Assembly (NCBI GenBank): GCA_030704615.1
Contig: CM060732.1
Coordinates: forward strand, 31,186,001 to 31,250,000
Length of the DNA: 64,000 nucleotides
From: Takakia lepidozioides
Lineage: Eukaryota; Plantae; Bryophyta
Direction of reading: 5' to 3'
A program made the position numbers and the translations under genes. The notes below the pieces were generated by a model, which made no database searches, was not told the origin of the DNA, and saw only the letters and a program-made list of their open reading frames with translations. Shown in pieces: positions 38,091-51,830 of the stretch. The stretch's first letter is position 1, and each line of letters starts with the position of its first letter.

Positions 38091-38723
38091 TCTAATGGAA
38101 GGGCCAACGCTTCCTACCCAATGCCTAAATACTTTGTTCTAGCAAAGGAGTGGCCAAAATGCCTATCGTCATCCAATAGGTTCACCAAGTTCAATAAGGT
38201 GGTTCTAAGCCCCTCAACTCAATAAGTTCAATCAGTTTAATCAACGCCCTTGCACCACGTGCATCTATCTTATTTAAGCAATTTCGCAAATCAGAAATGT
38301 AGGAAAATAAAAAAATTAAGAAAATCAGAAAAAAAAAAAAAAAAAAAAAAAAAAACCTCCCCTGTGGGAAGTCATGTGGGGAATCCAAAGATATCATTGG
38401 CGCTTAAAGATGCCCTTGGGAACCCTGTGGGAACCCAATGAGAACCGAGGAACTCCCGAGAACCGTTCCCTGCCGCAGGGAACTGCCGCGACTCTATCGA
38501 ATGAATGAATCTCGCTGAGAGCTCATCCCTGCCACTACATTCGTTAGTCCAGAACATGCATGCGTAAATAATAATAAAAACCACTGGGTCCAAGCCAGAT
38601 TTCACCCCCTTACATTATTTTAAGGTGCTGGTGCGCTTTCCTTCCATGGAAAAAGTCATCCTCTACCTTGGGCTCTGACACAAAAACTCACTATAGCCGA
38701 GTTTTTAGGACATAGTACTTTAT

Positions 38724-41690
38724 TATTAGAGGGCTGTCTGGGACTTAGACAATTTTACGGGTTCTGTGGGGTACCCTTAATTTTGCGCAGACTTACGGAT
38801 GATAGACTCATACCAACAGACGTCTTAGGGGTGACAGACAAGGCTTTAGGGGTGGTAAGCAAGCTCACACAGTCAGTCACGAGCTTACACAACCTATCAC
38901 AGTCAATCACAGTCTGACACATCTTGTCACAGTCTTACACCGCCTGTCACCGCCTGTCACAGCCTGACACAGCTTGTCACAACCTTACCCAACCTTACAC
39001 AGCCTATCACAACCTATCACAGTCGGTCACAGTCTATAACAACCCGACATAGCCAGTCACAGCCCGACACAGCTTGGCACAGCCCGTCATAGCGTTAACA
39101 GATAACGGTTATCATTGGCAAGGAATGACTGTGTGGGAACGACATCTGTAGATGGAACGTGCATTCTGTCTTGGATGATAGTTAGTTAATTAGGCGGTTA
39201 GAACAGATTGCAGGCAGAATAGGCAGAGTAGCAACATAGAGAGACACTTCTTGGAGAGTATTTCTGGCATCACGTTTTGGACATCACAAGAGGAGATCAA
39301 GTGGAGAGCACGATCTTGGTATTGGGGAACTGAGTCAAGAACAACCCGATGTGACAGACATATGGTGGGATCATGGTGGATGGAGAATCAAAGAATTTGA
39401 TGTGAATCAAATTCCCTGTGAAACTGAAAAAAAAAAAATTGTCCAAACAATTCTTTCAGAGGTTCTTGGAATTACCAGACGGTTGCAAGGAAAACATTCT
39501 TAAGAGAGTGCATGATGCTGTTCCAGAGTGGGGTTTGGAAAAAGGAGTGATAAAGATTTATCAAGTGACATGTAGGGGGAGAGCAAGTTGGTTACCAACA
39601 CTGGTTTATGTGATAGCATTGCTATCCATAAAACGAGTGGAATTTGAAAGCTGGGAGGAACGGAAAGTGAATGTTTACACTCACATGCATGAAGAACTTG
39701 AACTGGTAAATAATTGGATTCCTAAGGATATCTTGTGGATCAAACTTACACCAAGAACAGCCTTTTAGACGTGCTTGCCATATGGTTATATGGTAACAGA
39801 GCCTTCTAGTATAGCCAAGGGTGCATGAAAGCTTGTAAGGAATCCAGGCATATACGAGAGATACTACCGAAGAGAGTTTTGGTTATTGCCTCATTAAAGA
39901 TATCAAAGACATGGGACATGAGTAATGAAAGGGTAGCTAGACTCCACAGATATTTGGCAAAAAGAGAAAGTTATTTGAAAGCTAATCATCCAGATCTTTG
40001 GGAGAGAGGAATAGACATAGGGGAATCATCTGGATCTCTCACACCATTAAGACCAGAGAGTACAGCACCCATACCGGAAAAACCAAAGTTGGATGCCACT
40101 CCTTCTTATTCTTTACAAGAAAGAGTAAGGGATTTGGCACAGGAAGAAGATCAGCCACGAGGGGAAAGATCTGAGGTACATCCTTGGATTAAAGATTTGA
40201 CAGAAATCTTTGATCAGAGTTGGCATGGAACACCAAAAGCAGGAACTCCAATTTCTGAAGCACAAGACAAATAAGGAGAGGAAGATGTGAGCCAACGGAG
40301 AGTTCAGACTCTCCAACACCACTTCAGTCGAGTTATATGAGTGAGGAAGAAGAAATCCAAGAGAAGAATTTGGAAGATGAAGAGTATGAAGAAGTAGACC
40401 CAACAGTTGAGGTTGAGACTACAACCAAGACATCCCAACCTGTTGGACCTGGATCAAGTGGAGCACTTGGATCACAGGCCAACAAGGTGTCGGTTCAGGG
40501 GGATTAGGCGGGCAGCTTGGATTTGGCTCTGGGGGGACAGGGAGTGTGGCAAGTAGTGCAACTGGAGCTGGGGATATTGCAAGTACAGGGGGGCCAGTAG
40601 CAGGGAGTGCTCAGGGGCCAACAACTGGTGGGAGTTCCACCACTACAACAGCAGGGACCAACACCAACAGGTGGACCAGTACTTGTCAAAGGGCAGGGGT
40701 GTAGGGCCACAGATGGCGGTACCTCCAACACGGGCAAAGCCACATTTTCCAATATATGCAGGAAAAGGGGATCCTGATGTACACATTAGCCAATTTGAGC
40801 ACATGTGGATTGTGAACAATGAGAATGACGATGATGCCAAGATGAGGTTGTTTCCTTGTTCACTGATCAAGAAAGCAAGTGAATGGTATGCAAGATTTCC
40901 TGATAATCATTTCCTAACCTGGAATGGCCTTAGTACAGCATTCCGAAACAAGTTCAAGACACGCAAAACTGAGGATGAAGTGTATGGGAGTTTACAACAG
41001 TTAAGGCAAAAGAAGCATGAAACTGTTGAAGAATATATGGAGGTAATGATGAAAAAGCTGGCTGCTATACCAGCACCAGGATTACAGAAGACCTAGTTTG
41101 TGAGTGGACTAAGACTTGAATTACAAAAAAAAGTGGATATGCTATCCCATAACACAATGGAGGAGGCATTCGAAACAACCAACAGAATTGAGCAATTGGG
41201 AATGCTCAGGAGAGATAAAAATGATGATGAGGACTCTGAAGATGAGTCAAATGAAGAAGAAGAGCAAGAGCTCAAGAGGAAGAGCAAGAAGAAGGAAAAG
41301 TTGAAGAGAGACAACTATGAGAAAAGACTAGAAGAAATCTTGAAAAAGTATGCCACAGAGGCTGTAACACATTGGAGGAAGGGTGTTGGGTGTGCAAAAT
41401 GCCAGAATGAAGGCCATACCACAGCTGAATGTCACATGAAGGAGAAACACTGTACTATCTGTAAAATGGATAACCATTCTACCGAGAATTGTTATTACAA
41501 TAGAAGGACAGCTGCAAGAGAACCTAGGCAAGTGAGGGTGCATCAAGTGCAACCCCAGCCAAGAAAAAACAATAACCAGGACCACTATGGTAGGCTTGGT
41601 GGATATAACAATGGTATGGCAGGAAGAGGAAATCTAAGAGGGAATTACCAAGGAAATCCCAGAGGCAACTATCACCCTGGATTCAAGGGT
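38724..41690 (+). mobile_element. Family-B Ty3/gypsy 5' part: deleted LTR (38724 to about 39315), pre-gag ORF, gag
   Basis: LTR B homology; gag FPIYAGKGDPDVHISQFE..LFPCSL..ASEWY..LRQKKHETVEEY; knuckles CAKCQNEGHTTAEC, CTICKMDNHSTENC. Confidence 0.88.
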
Positions 41691-41829
41691 GAAGACATGC
41701 AGCCTAAACCTTGCAAACGTGGTACAAAGCACCTACAATGGAATAAAAGGAAGGAAACAGTCATTGAAGACTCTTTTCGAACGGTGGGAAGTGCTGAAAG
41801 TGCATGCACAAACAAACTCAATCAAATGT

Positions 41830-44800
41830 GAAAGATGAAGAGACGAACCTGTGCCCATGGACAAATTCAAAACTCTGGCATCGGTGTAGGTGCAACACTC
41901 CACAATCGTTTGAATGAAAGTCGGGCTCCTCTCCCTGGCCCCTCTCCAAGGAACCCCATTCCCCCTTCGCAAACACATGTTGTTGTCCACGTAGTTGTGG
42001 TGCATGTCAGCCATGGGAGGATCTGTCCTCTCGTCTATGAACTTGCCCCCATGAGTGATGGCGAACTCCCCGATGACGGCTGGAGTCGTAGGTGGATGCA
42101 CTCAGACGAGACAAACAGCTTCAAACAGACGTGTCTGCGAACATGACATCCACAAGGAACTAAACAGCTTGAAAACCAGGCCCGTCTATATTCATTTGAG
42201 CGACTTATGCAACTGCATCCGAGAACCACCAAGAAGAGGAATAAGAAGGCAGATTTATCATCTCTCCCGGACGATCCCCCTTTGTCAGGTACATGTTGTT
42301 CACACAATTCCATGTCTTCACGACCCTCACACCTGAGGCTTTCAAATAACTGGCAAGTGCACGGAGACAAGATGATGAGTTCGGCTGCATATGGCTTCTC
42401 CTTCCGGTTCACCCAAGATTTGGTCATTTTTGCTTGCAAAAAAGCATGCAAGGGAATGCTTAAGAGGATTGAAACAACATTCAAACAACACAGAAGAAGC
42501 AAAAGAGAACACGCACTGTGCCGAGGAACTCCACAATCCTCTCCCACACTGGTGAAGGATCGCCCTTGTAATAAGATTTCTTGGACTCCATCATGGCAAG
42601 GAACCCGATGTACCCTCGTGGGATGCTCCACTGCATGGTACGGGTCCTCAGGATAACCGCCCCCTTCTTCTTCCTCTCGGATCCCCTAATATGTGGTGGA
42701 GTCTCCTTGGTCGGCTGGACATCCGCCGATGGGCCAGTTTCTACAGCACTTCCCTGCCCACCTACCTGCTCCTGTGCTCCCTTCCCATTACCCCTTCATT
42801 TCCCTCCACCAACAGCAGCATCCTTTCCCTTTCCCTTTCTACCTTTACCCGGGGTATCCTGAGCGGGAGGCTCCTTCTCTACAAGCGTCCTCAAATTTCT
42901 ATCATGAATCTCGAGGTCAGCAGCTGTGGCGCTGGCTGCTACACGCTCATTATCTCTCCTCAAAGACACATCCTGCGCTAGGGTCTCAGAAACTGGGCAA
43001 TCCAAGTACCAACCACAGCTGGAAAGGTGGTCTGGGCCCCAGTCCTGCAAGATCCCTGTAGTAAACATGGTCTGGTTGCCAACAGGAACAAACCACAGGT
43101 CCACGAAATCCGGATGTTTGTCCAAACAGTTCTCTGCCATGAGAACATACTTTATGTACCTGCCGGCACAAAAACAACCTCATTATGCAATGCAACTATT
43201 GTCTCCTAGCTTTTCTACCACGTCACAAAGACCCCCAAAAAAAGTGTGCGGCACCGCACACTGTAATCACCGCACACAAAATAGGCTGAAGGGCCCAGGG
43301 TGTGTACGTTGGTGTTACTACACACGGACAGAACAAAAGAGTGTGTGGCACCGCACACTCATATGAGCCCACACAAATCAGGTTGGAGGGAGGAGAGAGT
43401 GTCTTTGCAAAACAAAGAAGCATAGGCCATTTTGCACCTGTAAAGGCATCGTTTCCAGGCTTCCTCTCATTTCTCTTGCTGGTCAAGCTCATTTGTTCGA
43501 CTGATCCCACCCTTCTTGTTGAACTCCCTGAAGAAATAAGATTGCCACACCATTTCCGCATGTATGCTTGGAAGGTGACCTTCGGTGTTGTCATGGTGAT
43601 GCCATAGTCAGCCAACTGCGTATGTAGAACAGACTGGGCCGTTTATTTTCCTCCAACTGCAGAACAATTCCAATGCAAGAATGAACCACAAAACTGGGCC
43701 ATCTCCGGCTTTCCTGGTTTGTTGAAATGGTTTTCACCTCTTGAAGGAACTCTGGTCCGAAGGTTGGGTCTGCAATTCTCAGCTGCTTCACAAAAGCACT
43801 CATAATATTTTTTCTGGTGTTGTTCATCTCTTGCTTGATGTGACTCTTAACCCCTTTTGCTGACCTTCTCTCTTCAGGGGTAGAGCTGTAGTATTCCAGT
43901 TTGTCACGCTGTCTTGCATCCGCAATGTCTTGTTGCAAGAGAATGCACAACAAATGCATGAACACATGGGCAAGGGAAACAAACAGAAACAAAGTCCTCG
44001 AAGCAAAAATACCCAAAGGCCTGGAAGATGTATCTCACCGCGTACATATACTCCATGAAAGCCTCGCGGGTCAACGAGTACCATGTTTCTGATGTCTTGG
44101 ATCTCTCACACTTCTTGTACGTCTCTACTGACAGGATGGTCTTGAAGTTGCTCAAGGGCATCTGCCCGATCCTCTGTATCCTGTACAGAGTGTGCACCAA
44201 GCTCGTTTTGACATGCGATGTCTCCATCCCTCTGCAGATTGATGTGTGAAAGTCAGAAAGAAATTCAAGAATCGAGAACAGAAGAGTGGAAGCAAAGAAC
44301 CACGGAACCACAACTAGAACATGTAGACGGAGCAACCAACCTGTTCACATCATTCATTGCCGTCAGAAGCCCCGTCATGTTCTCGTCACAATCCAGGACC
44401 ATCGTTCGAACACAGTAATGACACTCTTCCTCCTGTGAGTGCAACCTCCCAATGATAACCATCAATGCAAGCAACCGGTGGTTTCCATCCCATACGTGAA
44501 ACATCTTCCCTGAGAATGCTTGCATTGAAGGTTTCCTAGAGAGAAGAAGTTCGAAGGATTCGTTCACATGTCTCCAAATGGGATCCCAAGAGTCCGTGAT
44601 TGACTCATCCACAAGAAGTTCATTGCCTCTGGCATCCCTAGTAGAAACGTAAAACACTGCGGATCCATCCAAATACCCATGAACGAACTCGGCCTCCGGC
44701 TTCTGGATGTCCTTGATGAGGGGTGGACAAACGATGGGCATGGAAACTAACCTGCACATGGGAATCTTCAATCTCCCACCCGGTGCAAGCATACTTTGCA

Positions 44801-44920
44801 CCATAAGCTACGAATTGACCTTCTGACCCCCCAGCATCTCCGCCGCTTTGCTTTCATAGAACTCGTTGTCCACATCAATATTGTTCTCCTCATCCTCCGC
44901 TCTTTGTATCTTCTCATGCA
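41830..44920 (-). pseudogene. Divergent copy C of the ParB-like/MTase cargo gene
   Basis: RLKIPMCRLVS..GY.DGSAVFYVS..GKMFHVWDGNHRLLA (44265-44804); TWYSLTREAFMEYMY; CGWYLDCP; PWRGARERSPTFIQTIVECCTYTDARVLNLSMGTG; exon boundaries match copy A; motif IV not seen. Confidence 0.8.
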
Positions 44921-44939
44921 GAGATACACAGTTAAATGG

Positions 44940-46085
44940 ACATAAGAGAGGGGCCAAAAACAGTGTGCGATGCCGCACACCATACAGAGCTTCAAACTCA
45001 AACCTTTTTTTTGTGTTTTCACAAAGTTTCAAATGTGCTTCCTCTTACATCAAAACATAACATTGTACAAGGGCAAAAACAATGTGCGGCACCGCACAGT
45101 GTTTCGTGCTGCCATTTCACCTTCATGGAAGTTTGAGGAACAGGGCTTGGTGCACATTTCTCACATGAAAACCCCTAACTGAAGAGAGGGGCCAGAAACA
45201 GTGTGCGGTGCCGCACACTGTTTCGTGCTGTCATTTTGCCCTGATTCTAGCCTGCTACAAACACATGAAAGGATACACTTCCAACCAAAAGAGAGAGTTC
45301 CAAGGGGCAGAAACAGTGTGCGGTGCCGCACACTGTTTCGTGCTGCCATTTTGCCCTGATTCTAGCCTGCTTCACACACCAGAAGGGATACATTTTCAAC
45401 CAAAAGAGAGCGTTCCAGGGGGGCACAAACAGTGTGCGGTGCCGCACACTATTTCGTGCTGACATTAAAGTGTTAGTTACGCATGCAAGAATGTGCTAAG
45501 TGCTCACATTTCAAACAAAGAATTAGCATTGAAGAGGGGCTCAAACAGTGCATGCATTTCTTGAGCATGCATTTCAATATGGTTCAAGGGGTTTACACAG
45601 AGGTGAGTGAACTCCAAAAGAGGACCTTGGGGTTACAATTCAAACATAAAACGATTGTTTCAGGGGGGCACAAACAGTGTGCGGTGCCGCACATTGTTTT
45701 GTGGTTCCATTTTGGTGTGATTTAGGCCTTTAACTCAATGCAGAAGGGGTACATTTTGAAGCAAAAAACGAAAGAAAAGAGTGGCACAAACAGTGTGCGG
45801 AGCCGCACACTGTTCCGCGCAAACATTTCAGTGTGAATGAAGACTGGAAGAGTATACTAAGTGCCTACATTGAAAGAAAAAAAGAACGTTGATGACAGAC
45901 TCATTCAGTGTGCGGTGCCGCACACTGTTTCCAGCTTGCATTTCAATATGATTCAAGGGGGATACAAAGAGGTGACTGGACTCAAACAGAGAAGCTGGGG
46001 GTCAAAGTTCAAACGAATACGACAATTTCAGGGGGGCACAAACAGTGTGCGGTGCCACACACTGTTTCGTGCTTCCATTTTGGTT
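44940..46085. repeat. About 115-bp tandem array with 30-bp hairpin GAAACAGTGTGCGG-TG-CCGCACACTGTTTC
   Basis: Copies near 45195, 45310, 45427, 45671, 45788, 45906, 46040; also in intron at 43240-43360. Confidence 0.9.
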
Positions 46086-46089
46086 TTAT

Positions 46090-47560
46090 TCATGAAGTGA
46101 AGAGGTGCACACTCAATGCTCCCACATTGGCATACATGTTCATCAGAGTAGTGTCCAGAATGACATCTGGTACAATTCCGGGTTTGACAATGTCACCATG
46201 GACCTCTCTTCCCTTTTCCAGGGTTGCCAGGCTTGCACATGCATTGCAAACGCACACAAATGCAATGCAGTTGGGCTTCACTCCTTCCCGCATCATTTGC
46301 TCATAGGTCTCCCAAGCTTATCGATCCACAGGGAACCATAGGTAATATTGGGCTTGAAATCCGGCCCTCTTGGATAAATCTGGACCCACACTCTATCCCT
46401 GTTCCTTCAGCTATCCCTGCCTCTGCACAAATCATGCATACATCCCTCAACTTGCTGCTAGCAGCTGACAATGATAGCCTAGATTTGTTCTAGCAAACAC
46501 CCTGACCCTAGTTATCACACTAGTTCCTGCTTCTCTCTGTAATCTAAGAGGCATTCACCTTTTTGCATTGATAGGCCTGCCATTGACTGGGGTTGGAAAA
46601 ATATTCATTCAACTTCTCCTCTTCTCTATTATCTGTTTTCGGATACTTTCCTGTTCCACATCAGCAGTAACATGTCAAAATCACTCCCAACTGCCATAGA
46701 TCCATCCAACGAGCTAACTTGCAGAACTCAAAATGAAAAACTAGGGGCAATTATGATAAGAGGGAAAAACAGGCTGAAATGTGTTGAAGGATGTGCCTTC
46801 ATTATCAGTGCCTGATTTTATCAATTGTGCCGGCCCTGCTGCTGCTTCTTGTTGACCATCTACACACGCAGGTTTGTTGTAGCTATCGGTTCACAGGGAA
46901 TCATAGATCCTCGCGTTGTTGCTAGCAGCTGACAGTGACAGCCTACATTTGTTCCCGCAAACCCCAACCCTACTTATATCACACTAGTCGTATGTTGAAT
47001 TGCTCCCAAGAGTTTAAAAACGTGCTGGGGGGAAAGAGAATGACAATTTCCAACAAAGCATGGCATTGTATCTTGTTGTCTGCTTCTCTTTGTAATCTCA
47101 CAGGCATGCACCTTTTTGCCTCAATTATCCCACCATTGACTGGGGTCGGAAAGATGTTCATTCCAAAGCTTCTTATCATCGCAGTTATCTGTTTTTGGAT
47201 ACTTTCATGTTACCACATTGGCACTAACATGTCAAAAGAACTCCAAACCACCATAGATCCACCCAACGAGCTTACTCGCAGGATTCAAGATGAAAATCAG
47301 GGACGACTCTCATAAGAGGGAAAAACAGGCTGTAATAGGTTGAGGACGAAGGTGACCTCACCACACTGTCCTTGACCTTGTGTCCTGACCCATGGAGGAT
47401 TCAATCGACCATCAACCCAAAAGACCTCTTGTGTGTGCTGCTTGTGTCTGTAGTCAGGAGATATCGGAATAGGCTGTGAGAACCACCACGGTGCAGGTGA
47501 GTAGCCATAGATTGACGACCAAGCGGACCCTCCCAAGTACCTTGTAAACACCAGGAAAAT
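46090..47560 (-). pseudogene. PDF-motif repeats followed by a PLS-PPR motif
   Basis: PDYRHKQHTQEVFWVDGRLNPPWV; KLWNEHLSDPSQWWDN; YPRGPDFKPNITYGSLWID; then MMREGVKPNCIAFVCVCNACASLATLEKGREVHG. Confidence 0.75.
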
Positions 47561-48377
47561 AGATATACTTGACAAAATGCTAGTGAATATGTCTACTTTA
47601 ATATGAATGAGAAGGCCACTGTTCCAATATTGCAGGAGCCAGCCAGGGTGTAGGTACTTGAAAATATAAAGTCTCCTGTTGAATTGCCACTTCAGGTAGA
47701 TGAGCTGAAATGCATTTACTCGAGACCCCAGTTGTCTTGCATGATCTGTCGTTTTTGCTATCATTTGGGGTGGAATGAGAACAGCCAGAAAAATTTCAAG
47801 CGGATACACATGCTTTTCTTCTAGTTCTAAGCATCATACACTTCATACTGGCTATTGGAAAGATTCAAGAGGTGACACTCAAACAAAGAGTGCAGTGGTG
47901 GCGACAAGAGTTTACATAGCTCTAAATTCATGAGGGTGGCGGGCCCAACGTCTCAAGACGATGCATCAAACTCTTCGCACACCTCCAAGCTTGAATACAC
48001 AAAATAGCTCGCATGGTCGTTGGGTTATGTCCGTCGATGAGCGAATATACTTCTGAGGGTTATTCGGAGCCATGCGATGACAAGTTTTTATTTATTTTTG
48101 GGCCGCTAGATGTTTCAATCCAAAGGTCGGTTCTCCACGGTCTTCCTCGCCGGCTCAGATCTAGAGAAGCCCACGCACAGGAATCGCTGGTGCGCTGTGA
48201 TGCGTTGCTTGTGACATCATACGAGACTTTGGCAGAGATCTTTCTCTTCTCTCTAGTTGTTTTGGGTTGGGCAAGTCTGCAAGCAGGGGTCAGCTTGGCA
48301 GTTTGTTTTTGGTACGAATTGAGCCGCGGACATCCTCACCGGGATTTGCAGGACAGGAGTTGCAAGGATCCCTCAAA

Positions 48378-49614
48378 ATGCAGCACGACAAGTATTCTGT
48401 TAGGGATGCTGACGAGCTCCGAGACCTGGGTGAGTATGACACCATCACATTCAAAACCTTAAGTGCTGCAGGGTCCGGCTTCTTGGCAGGGACGATCCTG
48501 GGAGCCATAACTGCGACATGGCAGGATGTCCCAGCCGTCGAGCGGAATGTGGCGCTGCCGGCCCTGATGAAAACGGGACGAATTATGGGAAACTATGGAA
48601 TTACATTTGCTGCCATTGGGGGTATCTTCGCGTTCACGGATGCGGCCTTGGAATCCATTCGAGGCAAGCATGACTGGTGGAACAGCGCATTGGCAGGTGC
48701 TGCGGCTGGCACTGTGCTCGGGGTGCGAGGTGGGTCCTCCATAGATCGAATATCTTCTGAAATCTCGATCGCAGCTGTATTCTAGGAATGCTTATTATCG
48801 TACAACAAGGCATTTCAGAGAATCGCATGTACTGTAGCTTTCGCTTAGACCAGTTTAGTCTCGAATTTTCCATCTTTGGGGGAATTTTTTGTGCACGCCT
48901 GATGTTTTGGGGGCAACCGCAAGAGCCATATTTCGGCACTGTTCTTAGCGGCTTCTCATTCGAGAAAAGATACTCGAGGGTCACCACCTTCCAACTCATC
49001 CTAATGATTGTCTATGTAGGCACCTCAATTCAGGTCTGGCACTCACCACGGTTGATTTAACTGAGCACCTGTTTAGGTTTTGGAGAAAAACACCACTGCG
49101 CTGTAACAAGGAATCCCTCTCGTGATAGACAGAAATTCTTGGGCAGTCGTCAAACTTGCAGCAAGGCTACAACACTATCAAGCAGCATTCACTTAATTTG
49201 GTTCACAGCAGGATGAGACAATGTGATCACTTGGATTTGCAGAAGTCACTGTCAGTTACTCTGTGCACATAACATGCCTATCCCACTCTTCCATGTGGAG
49301 TGGAGTTGGCTTCCTGCTTTCAGTAGAGGATCCCCCTCTCTCTCATTTCTGCTCAAATGTCTCCATGGCCAGGAACAAAGTAAGGAAAATTGAAGGAAAT
49401 CACCTGTGACTTTCTTTTCCTCTCTTTCTGCCCTCTGCGAAACCACTTGATCATTTACTTTCCTGTGTTTGCAGCTGGGAAGCTTCCAGTGGCTCTTGGG
49501 GCATCAGCAGCGCTTGCTGCTGTGGCAGTGATTGTTGATGCAGGGGGTCAAACAGTGAGGACACCAACAGATCGAGAGTATTTGCCCTATCCTAGGGCAA
49601 ACCCTGACCTCTAA
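48378..49614 (+). CDS. OEP16-3: TIM17/TIM22/TIM23 (PRAT) family protein, OEP16-3 / complex I subunit B14.7 (NDUFA11-like); exons 48378-48729 and 49475-49614
   Basis: ATWQDVPAVERNVALPALMKTGRIMGNYGITFAAIGG..DAGGQTVR..REYLPY closely resembles Arabidopsis OEP16-3; GT-AG phase-1 intron gives an uninterrupted frame. Confidence 0.92.
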
Positions 49615-51174
49615 TCTGTGGTACCAACTCCCAGCCTTTACAAGATTGGAGGGGCAAGGATGACAGGTTGCCAGAAGTCAAGTGTTTGCATTGCTCAAGT
49701 GCAGTCCTGAACCCCTTCAAATTGCAGGGGCAGTCTCATCTACGCCTCCTATCTGATTTGTCTCTTTAATCTCCCAGTTTTGGTTGAAACACAATCTACT
49801 GTAAGCATTAGAATGGAGCATAATTGCTTTATATATTCAGCAATTCTTTGTACATGTGGTCAAGGGGTACTCACGCAGCGACATTGTAATTTGTATCTTT
49901 GCAGCTGTCTGTGAGGGAGTTGACACTAGGAGGCAGCCTGAGATTGGAATGTGGGTGTGCTATCGTAATTGTGAAGAATGTTTCAAACTCCCCATGTTCT
50001 CCTATGGAGGTTTTGCGGGGTTCAACTTCCCATTGTTGCTGACTGTCATGTCATGTGTGAGAGGACGGAAAATGAGAACTGCATCACTGCTGGGTGGAAA
50101 AGTTCTGTGCTTCTAAAATTGACCAGCTGTAAGTAACAGTCGTTGCGTGGTTATTAACTTTAGGTGGGCTGGTAAAAGGAGCCGTGGCCTACTCCGTTGA
50201 GCTGTGTTTATGTTGTGGATGAGACGTCCATGTGCTCTTTGGTGTTATATTTGGTTCATTCTGACTTTAAAATGACAAGTGTAAGGCAGACAATGGTCAT
50301 GAGTCAGTGGACAGTGTACAGGTAATGGAACTCTTCACCTCAACTCTGTTGCTTGCCACCTACCTCCTACATTTGTTCAGTCCTTTTGTCAGTGCACAAA
50401 GCAATACAATCTTGCATCCATGCAAGATCTTTTGCAAAGGGAAATACTGAGTCGGAAGCAGATATAGGGTACTATTGCATCAATAGGGTTCCTTACATGG
50501 TCTATCATGAATGTATATTTTATTTTGATTTTTCTTTAACAGAAACAGAACCAGTTGATCAAATTGAGAAAATTGGGAGATAAAAGAGAAGGCGCGATTA
50601 GAGTCCCTGGAGCTCCGTGTTTGCGGTGAGAGAAGAACCCAACGGTCTCTTCGTCTCTCTCACTTGGATCCCTGCGAGTCGGGCTACACCGATGTGGCTT
50701 CATTCAAGCCTTAACTTCCCCTTCCCTCCACCCAGCTGCCGGCTGATAATTATGGCGTATTACGCTTGTCCTGTCACCTCGTATCCAGATTGGCGCTAAT
50801 GCCCCAGCGCTGTCTCAGCTGATCGCTTCAACCCCCTCGCACTTCTCCCTAGCTTTTCCCTTAGGGTTACTTTCCATGTGACTCGTTCTCCCGTTCTGCT
50901 GATGTCACGCCGAAGCGAGAATGGGTCGAGGCACCCCCGTTCCATGGATGTCCAGACCCGTGCATGCATGCATGGAACGGGGATAAACTTCCATGGATGT
51001 CGAGACCTGTGCACGGCCTGGGGTTGGCCGGGTCCGTGCGCCCAATGCCTCACCCGTGCGTTGGGCGCACATGAATCCTTCTCCCCGCACCCCTTCGAAG
51101 AGCAGCAATCTATGAGCTGAGACTTCTCGCTCATTGACATAGACATTCAAGGGATCAACAGAAGAATCTCATGT

Positions 51175-51830
51175 ATGGAAGAATCAGGCATTTTGCTTCA
51201 CTTCCCTGGGAGAAAGGTTACTAGTCTAGTAACCTCTCTAACCTCTCTAAAAGCTTATGTTAGAAATTGGGCGATGCGCTATTTGGGAGGACAGGGGGAG
51301 CTTAAGCAGCACTTCTGCCATGTCAAAGGCAGGGGGGTTATTCTCGATTATGTTCGAATCTAGTGATGCAGCCTCTGAGACCCTTCAATTCAATCACTTA
51401 AAGGGCTTTAATATTAACATATTTCTTTGGTCCTCTAAGATGGGCAACCGAAATGGCAAACTCTGGGGTGTCAGGATTGTCTCACTTCCTTTTATTCCGG
51501 ATCAATATCTGGTTAATCTTCTAGACATTGCTAACCATTTTGGACACTATCTAGGCTGCTAAGGTGTGTCTAATCCTTTCATGAGCACTGATAATTTTAG
51601 GAAGGAACCAACCTGGAAATCTGCTACCATTGCCACCAAAATGAACGACAATGGTTGTCCCAAAATGGTCCTCATGATGCCTTATGAGGATGTATTGCCA
51701 GATTTCGTCCGTTTGCTAATTGATTCAGAGGGGAATTAGTATACAGCTAGACTGATTGAGGACTCATCATACTCAACCTGTTTCAATTGTGGCCAGCATG
51801 ATCACATCAAAGTCAATTGCCCTCTTTAAC
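51175..51830 (+). pseudogene. L1-type LINE ORF1 remnant (DUF4283-like region and CCHC knuckle)
   Basis: KGRGLFSIMFES..WGVRIVSLP..IANHFG..TCFNCGQHDHIKVNCP. Confidence 0.6.

Noticed and set aside
44940-46085. Regularly spaced palindromes resembling a CRISPR array
   Set aside because: Spacers are mutually similar (tandem repeat), no cas genes, eukaryotic context; same for 20035-20760
50930-51020. Short direct and inverted repeats around GCATGCATGC
   Set aside because: Single occurrence with no termini or TSD found
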